Below, in pieces: positions 8,642 to 17,066 of a stretch of 64,000 nt of DNA. The notes beneath the pieces are model-generated. The model saw nothing but the letters and a program-made list of their open reading frames with translations. It searched no databases and was not told the origin of the DNA. The DNA comes from an uncultured Defluviitaleaceae bacterium. Its GTDB lineage: Bacteria; Bacillota; Clostridia; Lachnospirales; WRBF01. Made by a program: the position numbers and the translations under genes. How positions within the stretch are numbered: the first letter of the stretch is position 1; each line of letters begins with the position of its first letter. Location of the stretch: assembly GCA_964533945.1 (NCBI GenBank), contig CAZHPA010000006.1, forward strand, positions 157-64,156, given 5' to 3'.

Positions 8642-8665
8642 AAGTATAGAAAGTGAGGTGAAACA

Positions 8666-9874
8666 ATGATTAAAGGACACAAAGTAAGATTGCTTCCAAC
8701 TGAAGAACAAGAAAAGCTTTTGTGGAAAAGTGTTAATGCTTCAAGGTTTGTATGGAATTGGGGTTTAGCTTTTCAAATGGATAGGTTTTCTAACGGTGAA
8801 AGTCATTTAAGTGGGTATGATTTAAGGAAGGTTTTAGTTCCTTTAAAGAAAACAGAAAAATTCAACTGGTTAAATGAAGTTTCTTCAAAAGTGTGTTCGC
8901 AAGGTTTATTGGATCTAGACACAGCATATAAAAAGTTCTTTAAAATCCAAAAAACAGGCGAAAAATTCACTAAGAAAGCTATTCAAAAAGCTAAGCGTAA
9001 AGGTAGAAAGTTAACACCTTATGATTTAAACGGACACCCAAAGTTTAAGTCTAAAAGAAAGGCAAAGCCAAGTTTTTATGTTACAGTAGATAATTTTTAT
9101 TTTAAAGACGGCAATGCAATTCTTGAAAAAATAGGCAAAATGCCTTACCAAACAACATACGAGCTACCACAAGGCAGAAATACTTGTAAATTTACTAATC
9201 CAAGAGTTTCATACGAAAATGGTAAATGGATTTTATCATTTGGTATGGACAGCAAAAACCAAGCTGAAACACTCAAAGATTATTCAGTTGGAATAGATTT
9301 AGGCGTAAAAGACTTAGCTGTTATTAGCTGTAATGGTGAAAAAACTGTATTTAAGAATATTAATAAAACTAAACGTGTAAGAAAACTAAAGAAACGTTTA
9401 AAACAATCACAACATAATGTAAGTCGAAAATATCATGCTAATGGCAAATATGACAAAACAAGCAATATTCTTAAAGCAGAGCAAAAACAAAAACAGCTAT
9501 ACATTAAGTTAAAAAATATTCGCAAAGATTATGCTCATAAAGTCACAACCAAGATAGTTAGGCTTCTTCCAAAAACGATTGTTATGGAAGACTTAAATGT
9601 ACAAGGTATGATGAAAAATGAACATCTTGCAGAAGCTATACAAGAACAATTGTTTTATGAGTTTTTACGGCAAATAGAATACAAATGCAGAGCTAAAGGC
9701 ATTACATTAATTCAGGCTAATAGATTCTACCCTAGTAGTAAAAAGTGTAGCCAATGCGGAAGTATTAAGCATAATCTAAAACTTAAAGACCGTAAATACA
9801 TATGCGAGCATTGTAATCTTGCTATAGACAGAGATTTTAACGCCGCAATCAATCTTGAAAAGTTAGCTTATTAA
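8666..9874 (+). CDS. tnpB: RNA-guided endonuclease TnpB (IS200/IS605-superfamily OrfB), apparently intact
   Basis: 402 aa. N-terminus KGHKVRLLPTEEQEKLL..RFVWNW. RuvC triad contexts GIDLGVKDLAV, IVMEDLNVQGM, AIDRDFNAAINL. Zinc ribbon CSQCGS..CEHCN. Confidence 0.92.
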   Translation: MIKGHKVRLLPTEEQEKLLWKSVNASRFVWNWGLAFQMDRFSNGESHLSGYDLRKVLVPLKKTEKFNWLNEVSSKVCSQGLLDLDTAYKKFFKIQKTGEKFTKKAIQKAKRKGRKLTPYDLNGHPKFKSKRKAKPSFYVTVDNFYFKDGNAILEKIGKMPYQTTYELPQGRNTCKFTNPRVSYENGKWILSFGMDSKNQAETLKDYSVGIDLGVKDLAVISCNGEKTVFKNINKTKRVRKLKKRLKQSQHNVSRKYHANGKYDKTSNILKAEQKQKQLYIKLKNIRKDYAHKVTTKIVRLLPKTIVMEDLNVQGMMKNEHLAEAIQEQLFYEFLRQIEYKCRAKGITLIQANRFYPSSKKCSQCGSIKHNLKLKDRKYICEHCNLAIDRDFNAAINLEKLAY

Positions 9875-10025
9875 AATTTTGAGAGTAAGTTAATTTTTGT
9901 GTAGGAAATTGCTATATCCGAATTTAAGCCTGTGGATAGCTATACCAAACACTATTAGCTACGCGAATGTGGGTTTTTTGAAACAGGAAATAAACAAAAC
10001 ATATATTTCTATATGTTTTTGGTAG
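9875..10025 (+). ncRNA. Omega-RNA-like scaffold / right end of the TnpB element (probably starts inside the tnpB 3' end)
   Basis: Lies directly 3' of tnpB. Conserved block GAATTTAAGCCTGTGGA..AGC..GAAACAGGAA is shared with the relic at 14430-14500. Terminal hairpin AAACATATA-TTTC-TATATGTTT at 9997-10018. Position and homology only; no covariance model was run. Confidence 0.5.
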
Positions 10026-10308
10026 CAGAAATAATCTCCCCAATATGCTTTCAGGCGGTCAACAACAGCGTGTGGCAATTGCAAGAGCTTTGGCAACAAA
10101 GCCGTCTATTATCCTAGCTGATGAACCGACTGGTAATCTCGACAGCAAAACAAGTCAAGATGTTTTAGGTGTTCTAAAAATGACTTCGAAAAAGTTTAAT
10201 CAAACCATTGTGATGATTACCCATAATGAGCAGATTGCTCAACTTGCCGACCGCGTTATTCATATTGAGGATGGCAAAGTAAAGGGCGGTGCAAATAATG
10301 AGAAATAA
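10026..10308 (+). CDS. ABC transporter ATP-binding protein, 3' segment (signature, Walker B, H-loop) downstream of the IStron
   Basis: In-frame (S)RNNLPNMLSGGQQQRVAIARALATKPSIILADEPTGNLDS...MITHN. It has no start codon or SD of its own in a sensible position. Confidence 0.85.
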
Positions 10309-12829
10309 CAATGCCGCCATTATACGAAAAATTGCAGGGCGCACCCTGTCTTCTGATAAAAAGCGTAATATCATGGCTATTTGTGCAATTACCCTCACGG
10401 CTGTGCTGTTTACTACCTTATTTACTCTGGGTATCGGCAGCATAGATATGTTCCAAAAGGCTACCATGCGACAGTCAGGTTCAAGCGCTCATGCAGTGAT
10501 AAATTATATTGATGATGAAGAATTTGAAAAAATAAGCAAACACCCTCTGGTAAAGGAAATTGCCTATACACGTATCTTGAGCGACAGCGTAGATAACCCA
10601 GAACTGCTAAAGAGACATGGCGAACTCTGGTACATGGACGATAACGGACTAAAGCAAGGTTTTTATGAGCCTATTGCAGGGAATAGACCTGTTGCTGAAA
10701 ACGAAATCATGATGGACACAAAAACAATGCTATTGTTGAAACTACCCCAACAAATCGGTGCAAAGGTAAAGCTTGTATTAACGATACATGGAAATCAAAT
10801 TGAGAGAGACTTTGTGCTATCTGGCTGGTGGGAAAGCGACCCAGCCTTCAATGCGAGTATTTTAATTACTTCAAAAGCATATATTGACAGGCATATCAAG
10901 GAACTTGTCGTTACTTATGATGATGACTATTCCCTTGTTGGTTTAATTAACGCAAATATACGTTTTAGTAATTCATTTAATATGCAAGCAAAACTTGATC
11001 GTGTAATATTGGAAAGCGGCTTTGATGGAGTGAACAAGAATGCCCCAAACTATGTTGACGGTAATATAAATTGGGCTTATCTTTCAACAACCACGGGAGG
11101 CGACCCCATAACTACAGCTGCCATGTTTGTTGCCCTTATGTTGGTAGCTTTTACAGGATATTTAATTATTTACAATATATTTCAAATTTCAGTATTGCGT
11201 AATATTCGTTACTATGGATTACTGAAAACCATCGGAGCCACAGGGCGACAAATTAAAAACATCATCACCTTGCAAGCAACAGTACTTTCTCTGATTGGCA
11301 TACCAATTGGGCTTGCGTTGGGATATACTGTAGGTACCAAGCTTGTTCCAATGGTTTTGGCACAAACAGATTTTACAGGAACGACTTCAGAATTATCGGC
11401 AAACCCCATTATTTTTATAGCCTCTGCCGTATTTGCATGGATAACTGTGTGCATTTCCACACGCAAGCCTGGGAAAATTGCTGCAAAGGTTTCGCCTATG
11501 GAAGCAATACGATACACCGATTCCGATGTGGGCAACAAAAGAACAATGAAACGCTCTACTAATGGTGGAAAGCTTTACAAAATGGCGCTATTTAATTTGG
11601 GAAGGACTAAAAAACGCACTGCTTTGGTATTCATCTCCTTGTCATTAAGTTTAGTATTACTAAACTGCGTATTTACCTTATCTCAAGGTATGGATATGGA
11701 CAAATTTTTATCCAAATTTGTTGACAATGATTTTTTAATTGCTCATGCTAATTATTTTAATAGCCATTATTTTGGTACTGAAAGTGCCGTGGAAGAAAGT
11801 ATAATTACAAATATGGAAGCGCAGCCGGGGTTTGAGGCTGGTGGAAGACTTTACAAAACTAACAATGAATATTTTACAGTAGAGGACTCTAACAATCAGA
11901 ATAAATATAATCAAGGCCATGACAGCCACCAAATTGCTGATGTTTACGGTCTAGATGACCTACCGCTTGAACGGTTAGAAGTTATAGAAGGAGAGCTTGA
12001 TATTGAGAAGTTAAAATCCGGCGGCTATATCTTAGTAGGAGTTAACATCGATGATTTTGGTAAACCAGAAGCAGCCAAATTTAATGTAGGCGATACAGTT
12101 ATTTTACACAATTACCACATGCAAAGCTCTAACATATTAGATAAGGAGTATACGACCCAAGTATATGAGGTGCTTGCTATCGTGAAGATTAACTACTTTT
12201 CCAATTCAAATCGAACATGGAGTAGTTACACATTTTACATGCCATCAAGTATTTATCTTCCTCTCACGTACGAAAAAACAATTATGAGTTATACGTTCAA
12301 TGTCGCAGATGAATTAGAAGAGCATGTGGAGTCATTCTTGAAGTATTACACAGAAAATGAAGAACCGCTGATGCATTACGAATCAAAAGAGACCCATGTA
12401 AAAGAATTTATGGGTATGCGAAACTTAATTCTTTCTATTGGCAGCATATTGAGCGGTATTATTGGATTAATTGGTATACTGAATCTTATAAACACTGTGT
12501 TCGCCAGCGTAATCACGCGTCGTCAAGAGTTTGCTATGTTACAGAGTATTGGCATGACGAAAAGACAGCTTAGAAATATGCTCTGTTTAGAGGGGCTTTA
12601 CTATGCAGTTGGAACAATAATTGTTTCGTTTGTGTTAGGGGTTTTAAGTTCACATTTCATTATCCGAATATTAATGAGTGGATTGTGGTTTGTAACCTAT
12701 CAGTTTATTGTTTTGCCGCTTATAATATGTTGGCCAATTTTTTTCCTAATATCATTGTTTATTCCTATTATAATTTTTAACGGAAGTATGAAAGAAAGTG
12801 TAGTGGAGCGTTTGAGGGAAGTAGAATGA
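10298..12829 (+). CDS. FtsX/MacB-type ABC transporter permease with large extracytoplasmic domains
   Basis: About 843 aa. N-terminus MRNNNAAIIRKIAGRTL is typical of this permease family. Two FtsX-like TM bundles (..YGLLKTIGATGRQI.. and ..FAMLQSIGMTKRQL..). Its start overlaps the ATPase stop. An alternative GTG lies at 10289. Confidence 0.85.
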   Translation: MRNNNAAIIRKIAGRTLSSDKKRNIMAICAITLTAVLFTTLFTLGIGSIDMFQKATMRQSGSSAHAVINYIDDEEFEKISKHPLVKEIAYTRILSDSVDNPELLKRHGELWYMDDNGLKQGFYEPIAGNRPVAENEIMMDTKTMLLLKLPQQIGAKVKLVLTIHGNQIERDFVLSGWWESDPAFNASILITSKAYIDRHIKELVVTYDDDYSLVGLINANIRFSNSFNMQAKLDRVILESGFDGVNKNAPNYVDGNINWAYLSTTTGGDPITTAAMFVALMLVAFTGYLIIYNIFQISVLRNIRYYGLLKTIGATGRQIKNIITLQATVLSLIGIPIGLALGYTVGTKLVPMVLAQTDFTGTTSELSANPIIFIASAVFAWITVCISTRKPGKIAAKVSPMEAIRYTDSDVGNKRTMKRSTNGGKLYKMALFNLGRTKKRTALVFISLSLSLVLLNCVFTLSQGMDMDKFLSKFVDNDFLIAHANYFNSHYFGTESAVEESIITNMEAQPGFEAGGRLYKTNNEYFTVEDSNNQNKYNQGHDSHQIADVYGLDDLPLERLEVIEGELDIEKLKSGGYILVGVNIDDFGKPEAAKFNVGDTVILHNYHMQSSNILDKEYTTQVYEVLAIVKINYFSNSNRTWSSYTFYMPSSIYLPLTYEKTIMSYTFNVADELEEHVESFLKYYTENEEPLMHYESKETHVKEFMGMRNLILSIGSILSGIIGLIGILNLINTVFASVITRRQEFAMLQSIGMTKRQLRNMLCLEGLYYAVGTIIVSFVLGVLSSHFIIRILMSGLWFVTYQFIVLPLIICWPIFFLISLFIPIIIFNGSMKESVVERLREVE

Positions 12830-12854
12830 TGATTCGGCTCAATAGAAAAAGCAA

Positions 12855-13030
12855 ATTGGATATTATGCCCTATCTGCAAGAGTAAACCGCATACTAAAAT
12901 TCGAGATGATATGTAACTTATAAACTTCCCTCTGCTTTGCCCAAGTAACAAGCAGGAAAACCTTATTAGTGTTCAATAGCTAAATATTTTAATTATCAAA
13001 GAGCGGGGCGCTAAGACACAGAACCTATAA
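12855..13030 (+). pseudogene. Degraded cysteine-rich KTR-domain small-protein gene (multiple in-frame stops)
   Basis: Translation WILCPICKSKPHTKIRDDM*LINFPLLCPSNKQENLISVQ*LNILIIKERGAKTQNL retains the CPxC..KIRxD..NFPL.CP..IKE..AKTQ pattern, but with stops and lost cysteines. Confidence 0.6.
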
Positions 13031-13202
13031 CCAGTGAACAAATTCACGGTTGTTGGTTCTTTCCTTCTTAAGAGTGGTTGCTTTAATGAGTATACAAACG
13101 TGTATACATGTCATTCTGTCAGAATAACTGTACCATATAAGCGGTAAAAATTTTTATCTCCTGAGCAAACGGCACAGTATTATGCCAATTTAATTTTGTC
13201 AA

Positions 13203-13561
13203 TTACTCCAAGATGATAATTTCATAATTAAAGTATTTCATACAAAAAACTTTCACATCTTATGATGGAGTTTATACATATGTACGAACCACACTCTGTA
13301 CGTGAAGATACTGTAGTTTTTCCAACTTTTCATCGGTTAATATCAACTACAGAATTTATTGCATTAGGCAAGAAATTTGAAAGTATTGAAGAACAGAAAT
13401 TCGGAGAAAACGGATTTGAAAAAATTGTAGAACAAATATCACAGATTGAAAAAGCCCTGAATATATTTGATTTGAAAAAGTTTACAATTGATTGCAAATA
13501 TCAAGCGAAAGCAATACAGGGGCAAAATAATTCTTTGCATGACTTATTAAAAAATGGATGA
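13203..13561 (+). pseudogene. Hemerythrin-like (HHE cation-binding) domain protein, N-terminally truncated
   Basis: ..FIHMYEPHSVREDTVVFPTF...FESIEEQKFGENGFEKIVEQISQIEKALNI resembles the C-terminal half of hemerythrin-domain proteins. The upstream half is absent. Confidence 0.45.
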
Positions 13562-14035
13562 TACATTTTATATTCAAGACATGGTGAAGCAAACATAGGA
13601 GAAGATTTGCCAAACTTAGACTTAAACAACTGCAATACACAAAGAAATCTTTCGCAAAAAGGAAAAAAGGAAGCTACTGAATACGGAAAAAGGCTTCGTT
13701 CGTTACAAATTCCAATAAATTACCCAGTAATTGTAAGCCCATTATGTAGAACTATTGAAACAGCGGCGTTGGCTTTTGGAAAGCAAAATGTTACAGTCGA
13801 TTCATTTTGGTATGATGTTTATCGTTTGAGCGAAAACTTATCTTTAAATGAGCAAAATAAAATATTGAATAATATGCAGTCCAAATTAGAAAAACAGCCA
13901 CCCAAAGGAATGAATACTGTAATTATTGCTCACGCTTTACCAAAAGGAATTAGCTTTGGTGTGATTGATGATATGGGAAATAAAACTGTTATAATAAATT
14001 TAAACAAAACTATACAAATATGTATAGAAATATAG
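13554..14035 (+). pseudogene. Histidine phosphatase (phosphoglycerate-mutase-like) family gene with an apparent frameshift at the extreme 5' end
   Basis: The RHGEA catalytic motif (YILYSRHGEANIGEDLP..QRNLSQKGKKEA..SPLCRTIETA) reads in one frame. The only ATG (13554, MDDTFY) is in another frame, and the RHG frame has no start codon. Confidence 0.5.
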
Positions 14036-14270
14036 ATTTGCAATTTCATTGATAAGACTAAGCATAAGACTTATAATGTTCTCATGAACCTTGATAAGTA
14101 GATATATGGGTTATGCCAACAAAACTAAAAGCGAAAACCAAGCTAAATCCCTTGGCACGTAAAATATCTAAGGAAATAAGAGGGATTAACTGTTAATACA
14201 AATATAGTAAATTTAAGAAAAAGTAGCCTAAATTTCTATAAAATAAGGAGAGTAATCTGTTACTGAAAAT

Positions 14271-14585
14271 ATTTACAATACTTTGTATTGACTTTTGTTT
14301 TGCTAATTATTATAATAATTATTAGGCAAAAACCAAGCCTTAAAAAATGTTTTATCAACAGTTTGTTCTGTTGTATAGCTAGAATATCACAATAAAAGAT
14401 ACTAGCTATGTGTACGCAACGATACTGCGGAATTTAAGCCTGTGGAGCGTTATAACAAATGAGAGTAGCTTTGGCAAAACCAGACGCATTGAAGCAGGAA
14501 GGTACAGAACGAAAAACCGAAAGGTATAAGTCGTATCACAGTATAAATGTCTACATTTTGTTAGAAATGTATGTGTTTTTCGTAT
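14271..14585 (+). mobile_element. Relic mini-derivative of the 8.6-10.0 kb element: operator/promoter remnant plus omega-RNA-like scaffold, no tnpB
   Basis: CAATAC-TTT-GTATTGAC (14276-14292) resembles the CAATA..TATTGAC operator. TTGACT-N17-TATAAT at 14288-14316. TGTGTA..GAATTTAAGCCTGTGGAGCG..AGTAGCT..GAAGCAGGAAG (14410-14500) parallels 9922-9990. The end GTGTTTTTCGTAT parallels ATGTTTTTGGTAG. Confidence 0.45.
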
Positions 14586-14780
14586 CGGAACGGTTATTAT
14601 AAAGCCGCTTGGCGAAGGAAATGGCTACGAAATAGTCGATAAATTACAACTAAATAATATAACATAATTATATAATTAAATGCTTTATATAAGACAAGGC
14701 GCTTTAAACCTTGTCTTTTTTGTTTAGTTCTTCTAAAAAACTGCTACACCAAATTTGCTGTTAAGCATTAGAAGCGGCGG

Positions 14781-15365
14781 CTATTTTAATTGCTGTGTGT
14801 TTTCTTTAATTTTAGGGTTACCATTTAGTAAAAACTTTTCATCTGTCATGCCATTCGAACATACACCACACCAGCCATCAGTTCTAACTTCTTTTGCTTC
14901 TTCAAGAGTTCCATAATAAACTTCATAAACAAATGTCCTGCAATCTGGAACTAGATGTATTTTGTTTCCCGTTGTTCCCCAAAACACTGTAAATTTGTCT
15001 TTAATTTCATCTTTTGATACTTGATTGTTTAAATCTGCTGATTTTAATATTAATATGTTATTGTTTACAGTTTGGGAAGTGTTAATATTTACTTCTACTT
15101 TAGGAGAATTTATGTAAGCTGTTTCGGTTAAATGGTCATAGTCAACTTCTTTTCCAAAAGCTTCGGCCGCAGCTCTTAAAGGAATATATGTTGTGCCTTC
15201 GTATAGTAACGTTTCTTTATCCATTTGCTGCCCGTCTACAACAAGTTTTATTTTTCCGAATATTGCGTCAATAGTTTTCATAGTTTCAGCGTATGTTATT
15301 GTTGATGTTGTTAAAATTGCAGTAACAGTGCAGCCTAATATGAAGCTTAGAAAGTGTTTTTTCAT
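14781..15365 (-). CDS. Secreted protein with copper-amine-oxidase N-terminal-like (stalk) domain and a C-terminal Cys-rich region
   Basis: Signal peptide. IKLVVDGQQMDKETLLYEGTTYIPLRAAAEAFGKEV matches the Cu_amine_oxidN1 pattern. The C-terminus has HLVPDCRTF..GWCGVCSNG. Confidence 0.6.
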   Translation of the reverse strand: MKKHFLSFILGCTVTAILTTSTITYAETMKTIDAIFGKIKLVVDGQQMDKETLLYEGTTYIPLRAAAEAFGKEVDYDHLTETAYINSPKVEVNINTSQTVNNNILILKSADLNNQVSKDEIKDKFTVFWGTTGNKIHLVPDCRTFVYEVYYGTLEEAKEVRTDGWCGVCSNGMTDEKFLLNGNPKIKENTQQLK

Positions 15366-15788
15366 ACTATATAACCCTTTCGTATATTAATTATATATTT
15401 TACTTATATAACTTTATAAGATTTAACTTTATATTTCTTTCATTATAAGTTAGTTTAATTAATATTGCAATATTTTTTAAAGAATTGATTTTAACATATG
15501 CTAATTAATACATAAATTTTATTTAAATACCAACAATTTTGGTACTTCAACTTGAACAAGTTTTTACAACAAAGCATTATAAAAATGTTTATCTACATTC
15601 GATTTTATATTAATGCATATAACAAAAAATATAAATATATAATGACTTAAAGTACATAACGATAAAATAATTAATATGTGCAAAATGTAGTAATTTCAAG
15701 AAGTTGAATATTATGGAAATAATTGTATTGACTATAGTTAAAGCAGAATGTATTATTATAAAATAACACCTTGGAGGTTTGATACAAA

Positions 15789-17045
15789 TTGTTAGTAAAT
15801 ATAGCAGCGCTTATAGCTCTTGCGATACTAAATATAGTTTTTTCAGCGGCAGAAACTTCCCTTTTTTCAGCAAATATAAGCAAAGTTAAGGAAAAAGCCA
15901 AAGAAGGAAACAAAAAAGCTATTATTTTTAAAGAAGCGTTAAAAAATAAATCAAAATTTTTAACAGTTACCAGCGCAGGAATGTTTTTAACAAGCTTGCT
16001 TTTTACTTTATGTACTATTTTTAGCTCTATTGAAATTGCAGCTAAAATTGCAGCAAGCATTTTACACGTTGTTTTAATATTCGTTGTTGCTTCATACATA
16101 TTTTTTATTTTGGGGCAAATTACTGCTAAACGTGTTGCTTTAAAAAATTGCGAAAATGTTGGCTATGCTTTAATTGGCTTTGTTGTTGCATGTTCTAAAA
16201 TATTATTTCCAATTACTGCTATTTCTTCTTTTATTTCAAATTTAATTATTAAAGCAGTTGGCGTTAACATGGAAGACAAAAAAATGAAAGAAGAAGAATT
16301 TTATTTGCCAAATTCTCTAATTACAGAGATTACAGAAAGCAGAATTGAAATGATTAACAATGTTTTTGAATTTGATGATAAAATAGTAGGCGATATTGCA
16401 ATCCATAGAAAAGATATAGTTGCGCTTGATGTTTCATCAACAATGGAAGAAATAACAACAATTATTAAAGAGCAAAAATATTCAAGAATACCCATATATG
16501 AAGAAAATATAGACAACATAATCGGCATACTTCATATTAAAGACTTTTTGCAATATATTTTAAACAATAATGGCAAACTTGAAGCTGTTAATTTACGTAA
16601 AATGTTGTATAAGCCGTATTTTTTCCCAATTTCAAAAAAGACCGACGAACTGTTTAATGAGATGAAATTAAATAAAACTCATATAGCTATAATAATAGAT
16701 GAATACGGCGGAACAGCGGGTTTGGTTACTATGGAAGACTTAATAGAAGAAATTATGGGCAACATACTTGATGAATATGACGATGAGGAATTGCCCGATA
16801 TAAATAAAATAGACGAAAACACATATGAAATTAATGGTACGGCAAGCCTTGAAGCTGTTTCGGATGTTCTTGATATAAGCTTGCCAACAGACCAATTTGA
16901 TACGTTGGGTGGGTTTTTAATAGGGCAAATAGGGCATATTCCAAAAGATGGAGAAAAACCAGAAATTGAATTTGGAGGTATGTTATTTAAAGTTAACAAA
17001 TCAGAAGGAAAAAGAATTGGAACGGTTTTAGTTTGCAAAATATAG
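15789..17045 (+). CDS. CNNM/HlyC-CorC family membrane protein (DUF21 + CBS pair + CorC_HlyC)
   Basis: N-terminal DUF21 (..FSAAETSLFS..), a CBS pair region, and C-terminal ..DTLGGFLIGQIGHIPKDGE... typical of TlyC/CorC-like proteins. Confidence 0.85.
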   Translation: MLVNIAALIALAILNIVFSAAETSLFSANISKVKEKAKEGNKKAIIFKEALKNKSKFLTVTSAGMFLTSLLFTLCTIFSSIEIAAKIAASILHVVLIFVVASYIFFILGQITAKRVALKNCENVGYALIGFVVACSKILFPITAISSFISNLIIKAVGVNMEDKKMKEEEFYLPNSLITEITESRIEMINNVFEFDDKIVGDIAIHRKDIVALDVSSTMEEITTIIKEQKYSRIPIYEENIDNIIGILHIKDFLQYILNNNGKLEAVNLRKMLYKPYFFPISKKTDELFNEMKLNKTHIAIIIDEYGGTAGLVTMEDLIEEIMGNILDEYDDEELPDINKIDENTYEINGTASLEAVSDVLDISLPTDQFDTLGGFLIGQIGHIPKDGEKPEIEFGGMLFKVNKSEGKRIGTVLVCKI

Positions 17046-17066
17046 TTTGTAAGATACAAAAGGAGA

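Larger units (their letters stand above)
7925..10025 (+). mobile_element. IStron-like element: group I intron 5' module + antisense RHH gene + tnpB + omega-RNA tail, inserted in sense orientation in the ABC ATPase gene. Non-autonomous (no tnpA).
   Basis: Deleting exactly 2101 nt (7925-10025 or 7926-10026) joins ..LGLDEKS to RNNLPNMLSGGQQQRV.. in frame. Internal content is as listed in the neighbouring features. AG dinucleotide at both junctions (7923-24, 10024-25). Boundaries are +/-2 nt. Confidence 0.75.
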
